A stretch of 64,000 nucleotides of DNA. Source: Takakia lepidozioides (Eukaryota > Plantae > Bryophyta). A program made the translations under genes and the position numbers. Under the pieces are notes generated by a model. The model made no database searches, was not told the DNA's origin, and saw only the letters and a list, made by a program, of their open reading frames with translations. The stretch lies in assembly GCA_030704615.1 (NCBI GenBank), contig CM060734.1, forward strand, positions 7,626,001 to 7,690,000, in the 5' to 3' direction. Position 1 is the stretch's first letter. The number at the start of each line of letters is the position of its first letter. Shown here one piece after another: positions 35,878-50,559 of this stretch.

Positions 35878-38800
35878 TAGTCTCCAACGAATCATGTGAT
35901 CATTGGACTTCCCTGGTTCGTACTTCACAATCCTGACATCGACTGGCGATCGTGAAAAATTTCTGCAAGACAAAAATGTAAAAATATCAAAGGTATTCAA
36001 CCCATGTTCCTTGGAGCTAGAGCTTTCATGAGAGCTACAAAAAAGGATGCGGCATTTGCACTTTATGCGACTCCGATCGAGACCACAACAGACAAATGTA
36101 CTTCAACATTACCCACTCAATATCAAGATTTCAAGGATGTCTTCGAGAAGAAAAATGCAGACATATTGCCAGAACATCGACCTTATGATTGTGCAATTGA
36201 GTTACAAGAAGGAGCCCAACCACCATTCAGCCCAATCTATAACTTATCCCAGACAGAGTTGGCTGCATTACATGAATACATTGATGAAAATTTGTCGAAG
36301 AACTTCATCCGACATTCAAAATCACCTATGGGGGCGCCTATCTTGTTTGTGAAAAAGAAAGACGGATCATTACGCATGTGTGTAGACTATCGTGGTCTGA
36401 ATAAAGTCACAATTAAAAATCGTTATTCGTTGCCGCTGATTTCTAGGCTTCTCGACCAGCTGGGACGAACAAAGATTGTCACCAAAATTGACTTGAGATG
36501 AGCTTATAATCTTGTACGGATAAAAGAAGGAGATGAATGAAAAACAGCTTTTCGAACAAGGTATGGACATTTTGAATACAGTGTTATGTCTTTCGGTCTT
36601 ACAAATGCTCCAGCAATTTTCCAACATATGGTCTTTCGAGAATTTTTAGATGACTTTGTAGTCATCTATTTGGACGACATTTTGATATTTTCACAGAATG
36701 AAGAAGAACATGGCCGCCATGTACGCCTTGTCCTTCATAAATTAAGAGAAAGATGACTATATGTCAAGTTGAAAAAATGTCTTTTCCATTAATCTGAGGT
36801 CAAATTTTTGGGCTACATTATTTCCGACAAAGACGTCTTTATGGATCAGAAGAAAGTACAAACCATCATCGAGTGGATTAAACCAACTTCGGTTCGAAAT
36901 GTACAATGTTTTCTGGGATTTACAAATTTCTATAGAATCTTCATCAAGGACTACTCCAAAGTTGCTGCACCATTGACACAACTCACAGAGAATGACAAAT
37001 TTGTATGGGACGAGAAGGCTGACCATACATTTGAAAGGCTGAAGCAGACATTTACAACGGCTTCAATACTGATACATGCAGACCCATCTAAACCATTCTT
37101 TTTGGAAACAGATGCATCGGACTTTGCACTTGGTGCTGTACTCTCTCAATACGGTACGGATGGCCGATTTCACCCTGTTGGTTTTTGTTCACGCAAATTT
37201 TTCGCCGTGGAGATCAATTATGAAATCCATGACAAAGAACTTCTAGCGATTATCGATGCTTTTGAAGAGTGGCGTCATCTATTGGAGGGAGCTAAACATC
37301 AGGTCGCTGTTTACACCGATTGCAAAAACTCGAGTATTTTATAAGTGCTCGTGTTTTGAATCGACGTCAAGCGAGATGGAGTATGTCATTAGCAAAGTTT
37401 GATTTTGTTATTACCTACCGTCCCGGACATCTTCAAGGAAAACCAGATGTTCTTTCTCGACGATCGTATCTTGTGCCAAAAGAAAGGGACGCAGCTTTCG
37501 ACCAACAGAAATTCATCATCTTGAAACCAACAAATCTCCAATTGAATATGCTATCCATGTCCACCTATGACGATGCAGAGATCATAAAGGAGATTCATGA
37601 AGCAATGAAAAGCGACCAATTTGCTAAACACTACAAAGTCAACTGAATCAACCTCAAGACCACCCATATGTTACAAATGATTCTGAATTCAAAGATGACT
37701 TACTTTACTTCAAAGGACTTCTCTATGTACCTCCAGGACCTATACGACTTCGAATTCTTCAAACAGGTCATGATCTTCCGGCTGCAGGACATTTCGGCTT
37801 CAACAAAACAATGAAATTGATATCCAGGGACTATTGGTGGCCGCAGATGTGGAAACTCGTGAAAGAATTTATAAAATCTTGCGACACGTGTGCTAGAGTG
37901 AAGGGACCACAACATTGACCTTACGACCTTCTTCAACCATTACCCATTCCCAAGGGTCCATGGTCGTCCGTATCCTTGTTATTGTGGATCGTTTTACGAA
38001 GATGACACATTTCATTCCATGTAATAAGACGGTTACCGGCAAGGAAACTGCAAGACTCTTCTTTAATAATATCTACCGCATTCATGGACTCCCGAAGGAC
38101 ATCATATCTGATCGATGACCACAGTTCATATCAAATTTCTGGAGGGGATTATTTCACATATTGGATACTAAGATCAACCTCTCTATAGCTAATCATCCAC
38201 AGACTAATAGTAAAACCAAACGAGTAAACCAGATTTTGAAGCAGTATCTTCGTTGTACGATAAATTATCACCAAGATAATTGCACGGACCTTCTGCCATT
38301 GGCTGAGTTTGCCTACAACAACACTATATATTCTTCCAAGCAAACTCCATTTTTCTCCAATTATGGTCATCATCCTCGAGCAAACCCTTTCCACATGAAG
38401 ACTGTTGGAAGCCCTGCTGCGGAAAACCTTGCTATTCATCTTGTTACGATTCACAAGGAGCTTACATTCCACCTCGCAGAAGCTCAAAAACAACACAAGG
38501 AGTATGTAGATCAACATCGACAATTTCAACCCCAGTTCAAGGTCGGAGATCGTGTATGGCTTCTTCGACGGGACATACAAACCTCGCGACCATCAAGGAA
38601 GTTGGATTATCAACGCCTGAGACCACTCAAGATTATTCGTCAAATAAATCCGGTCAATTTTCGGCTTGAACTCCCACGAAATATGCGCATCAATCCAATC
38701 TTCCATGTCTCATTATTAAAGTTGTATCATTACTCAATTATCCCCGGGCGAGTTTCTGTACCACCTCCACCGATTGAAGTCAATCAAGAAATCGAGTATG

Positions 38801-38980
38801 AAGTCGACGAAGTCCTAGACTCTCGCATCAAGTATAAACGTCTTGAGTATTACGTACATTGGAAAGGCTACGACATCAGCGAACAAACGTGGGAACCGTC
38901 ATCTAACCTCGCCAATGCATCTGACAAAGTCTAAGAGTTTCATCTACGATATCCAGCTAAGTATCGAGCCACACGTCAAT
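35878..38980 (+). pseudogene. pol: pol of chromovirus gypsy-A (protease end, RT, RNase H, integrase, chromodomain)
   Basis: [66 protein letters not shown], and chromodomain EYEVDEVLDSR..LEYYVHWKGY..TWEP. Many stops. Confidence 0.95.
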
Positions 38981-39572
38981 AAAACGTCACTACGATGATG
39001 TCAGCCAAGTTAGCTTCAAGGTGAAGATTCCACATTCAGTGTACCTGATACACGCTAAGGATGGAGGAGCACCACCCATCAGTATATATAGCTACACTTC
39101 CAGCACTCTTGCATCTTGTATTGGCAGCATGGAGTCACAGGAACCAGATACATTGGAGCTGTCGCTTATCCAACTACCAGATCAGCCGTTCCGATTCTCA
39201 CGACCTTCAACATCACGCCGACGCTCTCGAGACGATGGGCCACCAATGCGACGCGTACTTCCTTGTCTGGACCCCGTGCGGCGATAAGTGGAGCCTACTC
39301 GACGTCTGATAATCCTGTTGGAGGTTGAGGCTTCGAACCCAGAGGGCAACGAAATCATGTTTGAAGACAGCTTCGAAAATTAGAATGCTCAAATCACTGC
39401 GTGGTCCCAAGTTCAAGGTGTTGGACACTATCGATGGTTGCAGGGACCTATAAATCATTAGAGTCAAGAACGAAGAGCCGAATACTTGGCAAGTACCATT
39501 CGTCAGATTTTGGATTTTTCTCCAACTCTAAGCAAGTCCAAGATTTTACCGCTCCTCAAGGAACTCGGTGCT

Positions 39573-40152
39573 AGAGGAACTTACCAGGAGTAAATATCAG
39601 AAGTTATCAAGTTACCATATTACCAAAAGTTACCATAATTTATCACGATTTACCATGATCTATCATGATTTACCATAAGTTATCATTAGTTATCAAGTTA
39701 TCGGGAGTTTATCAAATTACCGTGAGTAACTTGGGAAACTGCTCATGAAGCTTCATTTGGAGGAAACTTCTCTATCAAGATACCTCCTTTGTTTAAGGAA
39801 ACTTCTCCATCAAGAAACCTCCATTGGGGAAGCTTCTTAGGGAACTTCCTAGTAGCCAGTATATATAGGAGGCAAGACTGAACACTCTTGAGTCTCGCCA
39901 ACACAAGTTCAAGCTACTCTTGTTTCCAGTCCGAGTACTTCAGTCCAGCTTCCAGTACTCTAGTCCAGTTTCCAGCATTCCAGTATTCAAGTCGAGTTCC
40001 AGTATCTTGTACTTTTGTCCATTGTTATAAAGATCATCTTGATTCATGTTTATCCATCATGCATTTGGCCACGCCGACCTTGACTTCTTGTCTAGTTTTG
40101 TACCTCTAGTCTGATCTCTTGTTTGTGTTCAGTCATGTTCTTGTCCTTGACA
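39573..40152 (+). repeat. 3' LTR of gypsy-A (may begin further upstream, near 39000)
   Basis: Direct repeat of 25190-25828, ending ccttgaca. Confidence 0.92.
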
Positions 40153-43100
40153 GGCTCTTTCCTACGTGGAGGCTTTGATGTGCCAATTGCAAGCTGAGTC
40201 CAGTATGTCTCAACTGACTCGGTGGTAGCTCGGCCGGGTCTGAATGCTAACGTAGTTCTTGCTAGTGAAGGTAAGTCAGTGCCACAAGGCCATTTCTTGA
40301 GTGGTGTTGACAGGTATGCCACCCAAAACACCTCTCCAGTGCTGAGTGTGAGTCGTAATAGTGTGCTTGGTGTGAACTTATCTGTTCAGGGCATGGGGGC
40401 TACTACGAGCAATATGCCGGCCCCACCAAGTGCTTATGTTATTTTAGGGAATACAAATAGTTTGCCTGTGGTACATGCTCCTAGTCCCGCTCTCGTGTCT
40501 ATGCCTTATGGATTGCCTGTTGGAATGCATGCTCATTCTAGTGGAAGTGTAGGAGGTCAGTCTACTCAGCAATTGGGAACGCCACCCATTCCCACAATGA
40601 GTGGGATGGTTTCCCAACCAGGCTGCGATGCTTGGTCAAGCTGCCCAGTCAAGGCCTACACTGTATGTTCCCCCAGTGAGCATGACAACGTTGCCACCCA
40701 GTCTGCCATCTTTGTCCTATCAGGGTCCTTCTAATGTAATAGGTAATAGCTATGTCCCGGTTGCTAGTGGGGTGCATACCATGAATAATGTCACTGGTCA
40801 GCCTCAGGCTACGCCTCTCTGCTGCCCATGGATTTGTTTATCTTGGTCACATGAACCATAGTCTGCCCTATCATCTCCTGCCTCAGCTGACCACTCAGCA
40901 ATCTCCGCATTTCCAAGATATGACAACCTTCTTCCCTTGCCAGTATCTCTCTCCCCTCTACATTCCATGGCACCTCTTTCTCTATATACCCTCATTCTGA
41001 AGTCATTTTCCAAGGGAATGGAAGAACATGCTGAACATCTCAAGTTTGGAATGGTGTGCCTGAGAATTTTAAAATAGCGATATTTCAAATGAGCATGAAG
41101 GGACCAACCCGTGACTTGCTGCATGCAGCTGTCATGGATGACCCCAATCTCAATTGGACGTCCCTTGTGGAATGGGCCAAAACCCTGTTTAAACCTCCTG
41201 AACGGCCCTTGGACTGTTTTACCAAATTGAGCTCTAGGACTTACCAGCCAGGGGACTCCTTATGGAAGTACTACATGGACCTGAAATTTGCTGCTGCAGA
41301 AAACATTATTGATCTAGCAGAACATGATCGTATGTTCAAAACATTCTTTCTCATTGGCTTGCCCCCCGCTATTCAAAATTGGGCCCATCGTCGTCATTTT
41401 GTCAATGACAAAACTATGCTAGCAGAAGTTAATCTCAAGATGACAGACTTAGCTGATAGCAAATCAATGCAAACCCATGCCAAGTTTCAAGCTCCAGTGG
41501 GCTCCCAGCTTGGCATGACTGCAACATCTTCACCATATGTTCCACCTACTATGCAATGCAAGCCAGATGACTTCACCCTTCAGGGGTTAGCCAACATTTT
41601 GGGTAGTTTAAGTAAGTCAGTAGCCACTCAGTTTGTTGCTATGCAGGCAAATCAGCAACGTTGGCAGCTTATGCATGCATAAGGTCAGACAGGTGGTAAC
41701 AACAGAGGTCGTACCCAGACTGGTCAGGCTTATGAGGGCAATCGTGCTGCATGTTATATTTATGGGTCCTTTGAACATTGGACCAAGCATTGCCCCGATA
41801 GAGCATGGTTGCCAGAGCTGATCAAGAACAAGAAGACTACCAGCAGTTCCACCCCTCCTTTAAACTAGACCGACCTCTCGGGAAGGGGGCAAGAGGTCCA
41901 TCAGTTACCAAACCTACCTCTCTTATTCCTTTGCAGGCTGTTTTGTACACTAACTTCAAAGCATTACATTGTCCGCTAAGCAGGCAGTCAGCAAGGCAGC
42001 AGATCAGCCCGCTCATGGCTCAATGCCATATCCATGAACTAAGCTTCCCTTGCGTAATAGACACAGGGTGCACCATATCTGCTATACCTTTAAATATTGT
42101 GAGAGTTCTTGGTCTTAAGTTATGCCCTGCCTCTGGTATTGAAGGGCTGATTGCAGATGGGTCAAGATATGAGCCTCTGGGTCTGGTCACTGTACCCATC
42201 AAGATTCACATGAAAGAGGTTGTGGTTACTTGCATAGTCACTGTTGGGGATCAATTTTTACTAGGCCTTGACTGGATGACTGGAGCTGGTGCAACCATCA
42301 GTCTGGCCGACTACTCTCTTCGCTTTAACAATGGTGAGGGCCATGAAATAGTTGTGCCCTTGAAAGCAGTGAAGCTTAAAGCTGGGTCTGCCACGGCCAA
42401 TCTCTCCAGAGTGCAGGCCCTGGTGAAAGAGGTACAACAAAACTCTAACTCCAACCTCAATTGGAATGATTTTTACAAGTTTCAGCTTGATCTTCACTCT
42501 TATATCAATGGCACGTTCCTAGTGCTGGTGGCAGAACAGGGGTGCCCATAGCTATTCCAAAGAATTCTACCCTGATTCGTGCACCTATCAACATCACCCA
42601 CCCTGCTACGACCCAAAATGTGGTTAAATCTGGACTAGTCTTGTTGTGTCCAGCTGCTAATTTTCTTGAAGTAGAAGGTTGGCGAAGACTCACTGCTCTC
42701 AAGCATTGTCTGGTGGTTACTGGTGTGATAGATAGAGGATATAGGCAAGAAGTCAAGATTTTAATTGCAAATCCAGAGCGCTTTCCTATGACTATTAAGG
42801 AGGGGCAGGTCTTGGCTCGCATCACTGCCTTACCCATTGCTGAAATACAAGAGGTGCAAGCTGGCTTTGGGCTGGAGGCCATTGGCATTCAACATGGCCC
42901 TTTGGATGCTGTTGCTACTTTTGTTGCAATTGCACCACCACCTATCGCTGATCTAAATCCTGAAGGTAAGGTGCCCTCATCAAGGTACTGTCTGAAATCT
43001 AATTGGGCACTACCCTCTCCTCAGGCCAAAAGAAAAGAGTGGAGATGCTTGTCGCCAAAAATCTAGATGTCTTCAGCTTGGGATCTACTAATCTGGGGCG

Positions 43101-46100
43101 TACTCTCATCCTTCAACATGACATTGTTACTGAAGGACCTCCTTTTAAGCAATTTGCATACCGAGAGAGTGTCAAGGAACATGCTATAATCCAAGAAGAA
43201 GTCCAAAAAATGCTAGATGCTGGTGTGATTAAGCCATCAGTTTCTCCTTGGGCCAGTCCAATTGTCCTGGTTGGTAAGAAAGATGGCACTACCCACTTTT
43301 GTGTTGACTTCAGGAAACTGAATGACATCACCAAGAATGATGCCTACCCTCTACCGAGGATTAATGAGACCTTGGATCAATTGCATGGTGCTACAATTTT
43401 TTCCTCTCTTGATCTTGCATCTGGTTTTTGGCAAGTTCCTCTTATTGATGCAGCCAAAGAAAATCTCTCTTTTGTGTGTCGCATGGGCAAATACCAATAT
43501 GAGACCATGCCCCTTGGTTTGTGCAATGTCACCTCTACATTCCAATGTCTCATAGACATTGTCTTGGGTAATCTTCGCTGGGAATGTGCCTTAATTTATG
43601 TCGATGATATCAATGTTTACTCAGCCAATTTTGATGCTTACTTGACTGATCTGCAGCGTGTTTTCAGCAAATTGCGCACTGCAGGACTCAAGGTAAAGCC
43701 AAAGAAGTGTGAGCTGTTTATTCCCAAGTTGCATTTTCTTGGTCATATCCTGTCCAAGGATGGTTCGCTTCCTGATCCTGCCAAGCTTGAGTCTGTTTGG
43801 GGCTTTCCTATTCCCAGGGATAAACATTGTATCAAATCCTTCCTTGGTCTGGCCTCCTATTATAGGCGCTTCATAAATAATTTTTTCAAGCTTGCTCACC
43901 CTCTGACCAAGGTGTTGTGCAAGGATGCCAGGTTTGAGTGGACCTTCTCCCAGCAAGCTACTTTTGACACTCTTCGCAAAGCTTTATGTTCAGCTCCCAT
44001 CCTGATGTTTCCCAACTTTGAATTACCTTTCTTGCTTTAGACTGATGCATCAGATGTTGCCATTTCTGCAATCTTATGTCAAGTTGTAGGAGGGCAAGGA
44101 GCATGTGATAACTTATACATCTCGCCGTCTACATCGTCGTGAACGAAATTATTCCATGCCTGATTTGGCTGTTCATGAGTAGTAACAAATGAGGTGAAGG
44201 TATCCCTGGTTGGAGATCATAGGTGCATGCACTCTAGACCACCTTCTCTAAAGCCCATTGTCTACATCTTATGTGCAGTGCAGTCATGGATGATCAGCTA
44301 CATGTTGCGCTACTCCAGCGATGCCAATCAGGGCGTTCGCCAGCAGGCCTTTCTGAGTCCTTGCGTAAACAAATTCTCTATCATGTGTCTACTCACCGTT
44401 TCATGGGTGACAAGCTTTTCAAGGAGCTCACTAGAGGGGGAATGTCATGCTATTTGGAGGTGTCACCACGGAGCCAGCTGAATGCTTTATTGGAGCGGTT
44501 CCATTGTTCCTTGTATGCAGGTCACCTTGGTATCAAGAAAACCATGGCCCGCATCCAAGAGGTTTACTATTGGCTGGGAATTCACCGGGATGTCACGGAG
44601 TTCATATCTAAGTGTGAAGGTTGTCGTGCTAACATTGCTCTCCCTAGGGCTCGGATCTTGTATGAGCTGCAGCCTTTGCCTGTCACCTATGTTTTTGCTC
44701 ATGTTGGCATTGACTTGGTAGGACCCCTCGCACTCACATCAAAGGGTCGAAACTATCTTTGTGTTGCTACCGACTACTTGATTAAGTGGGTAGAAGTCCG
44801 ACCTTTGCGTTCCAAAGCTAGTGATGCTGTAGCTCAGTTCTTCTCAATGAGATCCTTATGCGGCATGGGTATCCTCGGGAGATACTAACGAATCAGGGCA
44901 AGGAGTTTTGTAACCAGCTCGTCACGGTGGTCTGCTTCAATTTTGGTGTCAAGCATTCAACCACAGCCCCATATCATCCCCAGACCAATGGCCTCACATA
45001 ACGCTTCAATCAAACTCTTTGCCGAATAATGGAGAAGAATGGCGCACTTACCAGGGAGTGAGATACCTTTATGGGTGAATGCAAGAATGACTGGACCAAA
45101 AACGACAGATGTTGCATTCCATGGAAGTCCATGACCAAATTTAAAGTTGACGATATTTCCCCAAATAATTCAAATGATGATAGACAATGGTATATATTCA
45201 ACATTTTTAGTAAAGGGCTTACCCCAAACATCAAAGATAATTTTACTATAATTTTTAGTCTTTAATTTGAATAAGATTTGATATATCAAAAATTAGAATT
45301 TACATCGATTTGTCTATATGTAACCGACCCATTGTAGATTATATTTTTGTATCATTTGTAGTAAAATATGACATATCAAAATCAAAATCAGAGTACACCA
45401 TGGACTTGGCAAAATAAACCACATTTTTGGGACATATATTAGTCCATAGGAGCCAAATGGAGAAGGATTTTGCCACTTCAAATCCACATCTATGATGTGG
45501 ACCAAAATGCCACTTATGTCCAAATTTCAATGGAATTGACCAATGGCACATAGGATTTCTTGAGTCCATTGTAATTCCATTCACTGCGGAAACAACACTA
45601 TATGGTCTTCAAAAGTCCATAACTCATTTCTTATCGGATTCATGATTGGAGAGTTGCTATGGGTGCGTATTGAAATTATGAATCCAACGACATATATATT
45701 TGCTGGTTTTAATGAGTTAATTCAAAAAAATTGATGACACCATCAATTGCAGTAATCTAAAACTGTGCCGGTAACGTCCATTTTGGTCTAGTCATTCCTG
45801 CATTCACCGTTCTTCCCTCTATTCTCTTTGCTTATCGCACCGCCGTGCATGCTAGCACTAAGAAGACTCCCTTTGAGTTGTTGTATGGTCGCAAGTGTGT
45901 TTCTCCTTTGCATTCTACCCCTCTTATCTCTACTGTTGCTGATCCGGTTGATCTTGATACCTTTGTTTGAGGATCTTCATGCTCGACATGCGGTGTCTAT
46001 CCATGATGCCAAGACAAACATTGGTAAGGCTCAGCTAACCCAGGCCCGCAATTTTAACACGCGTGTCAAGTATTCTAACCTGTTTCAGGTCCGTCCCTGC

Positions 46101-47170
46101 GTATCGTGTCTATCTTGGTGGACATGGTCTCGCGGTAAGTGAACAACAATGTTTTTTTTTTGGTGCGTTCGGTTGCAGCATGGTAAGCATGCATACAAAT
46201 CTAAGCTCAAGATCGACGATCCATACTTGATTTATCAGATTTTACGTGGGCGACGTGCTCTCCTTCTTCCACAAGGGCCCAATACTGAAGTATGGGATGA
46301 ACCTGTTTCTTTGACGGATCTGGTGCATTCTGAGTTGGTCTTTGATCTTACGTGCATCAATGCGGAGGGACGTACAGTAGGGTGATATCTTGATTTTCTT
46401 AGCCGATCTACTTCAGCTTGATCCTCTTGTCTTCAGTGGCTTAGTCTTAGATTGCGGATTGTGATTTTCATGGCCTTATGGCTTGCCCATTCTAGGACTT
46501 TGTAGTCTTATGATATATCACCACACGTACTCCCTGCACGGTTTTCCTAGCCAAGGGTTTTGTCCTCGGCCCAATTTGCAGGTGCCAAATTTTCCTTTGG
46601 CAGATTTTTCACCCAGCAGCGGAGGGTGATTTTATCAAAATATTTTACTTATTTTTTCTTATTATTTTACTTCGCGGAGCTCAAGATTTTCAGAGATGCG
46701 ATGGCCCAAACTCTCCTCATCACCAATTTGCCTTATTCATCCAAAACGGCGATACTCATTCATCGTATAATTTTTTGGCTTAAGTACCGTTAAACCGTTA
46801 CAATGATAGCATAGCCAGGGTTAGTTAATGAGGGTGACCGCATCCTGGCCATCCACTAGATCTAGGGCTGTGAAAAGGCGCCACGGGCTCAGCTTGTCAC
46901 GCCTCGCCACGCGGCATGCAGGCATGCAGCTAGGGTTTGTATAAAACGGCAGCCTGACACAAGGTCAGGTAGCTTGTGTACGCTGGTGTATGTATGTGTG
47001 TAAAGGTGTCAATCAGACACGTGTGTGAGATTTTCTGTCATTTGGCTTGCAAAGATCCAAAGATCCTCCTCTTGGTGAACGCAGGCTCCTCATGCAAGCT
47101 CCTCCTTGCTCGGCCCTTGGCATTTTGTTCAGTACTTGAGAAGACAGGAGATTATTCCTCCATCTATTTT
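40153..47170 (+). mobile_element. Ty3/gypsy element B (gag, protease, dUTPase-like domain, RT, RNase H, integrase, 3' LTR); upstream gag piece probably at about 24895-25189
   Basis: Zinc knuckle CYIYGSFEHWTKHCP, protease VIDTGC, GVIDRGYRQEV, RT SPWASPIVLVGKKDG..FCVDFRKLN and YVDD, TDASD, integrase GHLGIKKT..CEGC, GIDLVGPL and YHPQTNG. LTR sequence is shared with 18721-19133. Confidence 0.92.
45074..45808. mobile_element. MITE (about 735 bp, AT-rich) inserted in the gypsy-B integrase
   Basis: TIRs ggtgaatgcaagaatgactggaccaaaa (45074) and ttttggtctagtcattcctgcattcacc (ending 45808). The flanks rejoin to the integrase text DTFLPSILFAYRT. Confidence 0.85.
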
Positions 47171-47536
47171 AAGGCTTCACAAGGTTAAACCTTGTGTAAC
47201 AGTTCGAACCGTCGTCTTAACATAAATTCACAACTCGTGTAATAAGTATCATCAACGCAACAACGAACCTCCCACAAAAAGAGAGAATGAAGAGGGACGT
47301 GGAGAAATGCACGCAGCCTCCCAATATAGAACTGGACGTGGGCAGATCCCGTCTGCAGTGCCAGACTCAGATACTAATTCGTTAATGCGAGAGTCCACAA
47401 CCCAACTCTGGAATCTATGAATACCGCTGGCAGAGGGGGGCAGAGGAGCCAGAAAACGGATATGTGGGTGGAGATTTTAGAGGAGAGAGGTGACTGGGAT
47501 TAGTAAGTGTGTGGGGCTGAATTTGAAGTACAGGCG

Positions 47537-49647
47537 ATGGAGGTAGCATGGAGGGCGGTAGACGAGCATGTGACGGGGGCGTATAGCTTGATGCAGAAGG
47601 CATGGGGCGTGCAGCTGACGAGCACCCCGCCAACGCAAGGGCTGCTATGGGTGGACAGCCCCACCCCTATAGTGGTGGCGGTGATTCTGTACGTTGCCTG
47701 TGTGTTGGCGGGGTTGCTCTGGATTCGCACCTTCGACCTCAAGCCACGGGTGAAAGAACCCACGCTGCTGCAGGGCGTGGTCCTAGTGCACAACCTTTTC
47801 TGCTTTGGCATCAGTCTCTATATATGTGTCGGTGTTATCTACCAGGCCGTTATTCACAAGTGCGCTTTCTTTCCTTCGTTTTTGTCCCACAATCTCTACG
47901 TTGCCTTTTGTAATGCCACGCCATATCCTTCTAATTCACATTGCTCTTGGCATCCTTGTTGTCTGCATGTCCTGTTGTTTCTATGTCTGCTGTCCAAAGT
48001 GAAAATGCAGTTAAACAGGTAACCCTCATCAAGGTGATGGAGAGGGAGGGCAAGAAGGAGCAGGATGACTGCTTCTGTTTTAACATGCAATTTGGGGGGT
48101 GGGGGCACAGTTACACCTTATGGGGCAATCCATATGTTCCTGAGCAGAATCAGGTATGCCTTTCCCTTAACATCTGCATTGATCTTCATTATGATCTTCT
48201 ACCCTGAAGGTGTTTAAGAACCGAAATAACATGTGCAGTCCACTCCCAAAGGACTATGATGTGGACAATCTGGTGCAGGGAGTGTCTGATGACAGATATA
48301 TTGTGTAATAGACACAGGCTACAGTTGCAAATAAAAGCAATTACTGTAGGATTGTCGCCCATTGTTTGCCTGTTTAGGACTAGACAAAGGCCACCAAGCT
48401 TGGTATTGAATGAAGAACCTTCAATTTTATTGATATGTGGTGATGGGATGTGGGTGCAGATGGCATTCCTCATCTACTTGTTTTATATGTCGAAATATGT
48501 TGAATTTATGGACACGGTAATAGCCGCTGCATTGGTGCACGAGGAGTTTTAGTGGGAGAACTAGCATGATTTTCTGAGGGCTGCAATGTGGGTTTTTGTG
48601 GATTCTCCACATTCATTTCACTAATTCAGTGGTCGCTTTTGCTGTGAGCCTGGGACTCCCGTTGTTTTTAAAGCATGCGTTTTTGTTTACCTGGAAAATT
48701 GCATAGAAGAGATGATGTATGTCCTTGGGGGCAGTCAAAATGACATGAAAGGAAGGAGGGGCGCAGATAATTATGCTACTGAAGCGCAATACACGACAAA
48801 TCACGTTTCTCCATGTCTACCATCATTCTTCCATTTCTCTCATTTGGTGGGCTATTGCCCACCATGCCCCCGGTGGTGAAGGTATGTTCATTGCTCTATG
48901 TATGCTGTATTGTCCCCTTCATGAGCATCAGAGAATTGATATAGAGGTGTAATGAGGTGGTGCAATTACATGGAGTTGTGCAGGGGATGGCACTGGTTGA
49001 GACACAGCGAGAATTTGTTTTTTGTGCAGCATACTTTTCCGCGGCGTTGAACTCAGGAGTGCATGTCTTCATGTACATGTACTATCTCTTGTCTGCTGTC
49101 TTTCGGAGTGATGAAAAGCTGCGCCGCAAGTACCTTTTCTGGGGAAAGTAAGTCACTCTTCAACAACTCACGAGTCTTTGCTTGGGGATGGGGATTTCTC
49201 ATGTTTACCCCTGTGTTGAGAGCCCAGACCACAATGACTGGAGGCGGGAGGGAATGACAATGCAGGTATTTAACACAGCTGCAGATGCTGCAATTCTTAC
49301 TCAACATGGTGCAAGCCTACTATGATCGCAGAGTGGATGCCCCTTACCCACCCTTCTTGACAACAGTACGCTTCCTGTCTTTTAAGACATACCACTTGCT
49401 CTTTGGGTGACAGTTGATATGTCTATACTTCCCACCTTCTGTTTCACAATGTATTTCTTGTCGAGGAACGGGGAAACAGACAGCAGTTGATTGTTATCAA
49501 GGTTTAATGGCAAGTAACAAGGTATTGACATGGTTGCAGATTTTGTTCTATTACATGATTACCTTGCTACTGCTGTTTGCACACTTTTATGTACACAAAT
49601 ACGCCATGTCTTCACAAGGAAAGAGGAAGGGAGCCAAGACTGATTGA
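47537..49647 (+). CDS. ELO/GNS1-SUR4 fatty acid elongase, similar to bryophyte delta-6 PUFA elongases (PSE1-type)
   Basis: Exons 47537-47859, 48111-48153, 48460-48516, 48767-48881, 49030-49147, 49266-49365 and 49540-49647 join in frame. Motifs YMSKYVEFMDT, FLHVYHH, NSGVHVFMYMYY, YLTQLQMLQF, and a C-terminal lysine ER signal (KRKGAKTD). Confidence 0.95.
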
Positions 49648-50559
49648 GGCATCAGTGCAGTCATTCGCAGAGAGCGCAGAACGTTAAGAGTTATTTGGAT
49701 GGCCAGGCGAGCAGCATCCATTCCTTAGATAACTGCACCCTTGGCATCATGAATTCCAACATGTGAAATAGCTGGTTGCAGCCTGTGATACTCTTTGCAG
49801 TGGTGGAGTAAACCCCACCTAAGAACACAGTCACAGGTCGTTGTTGACGATAACCTTTCCATATCAGTCACCTCTTTTGCTCATTGCAATTGGTAGCCCT
49901 CTACACCTTTCTCCACTGAAGTGTGGATTTTGAAAGTTCATATACACCTTTTGAACTGTGGAACATTTCCTGCAGACCACATAGGCAGATTGGCTCCTTC
50001 AATTTTGAATATTGGAACAGGTCTGTTCGCAACTATGCTGTCACTTTTAGCCTTTTTGACCGGCATTTGGTGGTCAAATCTTTATCTGGCTTTCATCAAA
50101 TGCCCATACATTCTGAAACTCTGAATTGGGGTGAACATGTCTGACATTTCACATTATATGATGGAAACTGTACAGTATGTGTTATACATTACACCTAATT
50201 TATCTTAACGAAAATGAACACTTCCAAGTTTAAATGGTACTTAGAACAGCAGTTACTTGGGTAGGATTTGTTATGAAAGGCATATACCTATCCAGATGAC
50301 TACACTCTGCTCTCATTTTGACAAGTTCTCCTCCATGCATCAGACAATGATGTCTGGGGACATTGAGAGATCATTGCCAATTATAAAGACCTTGGACTGT
50401 TGATTCATAATGTGTAGCCTTGAACAGACAACTCCAACCACAAAGACAGAAACAGCACAACATCTGTATTGAGAGACAAGGAACCAACTTACATCTTCTA
50501 ACCCTGGAAAGGGCTGCAACCCAGGCAAATAACCTCAAGGAACTTGTTTAGGGACCTCA

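Noticed and set aside
47178-47197. cacaaggttaaaccttgtg hairpin as a member of the palindrome family
   Set aside because: The arms are in the opposite arrangement, the GCGT core is missing, and there is only one copy.
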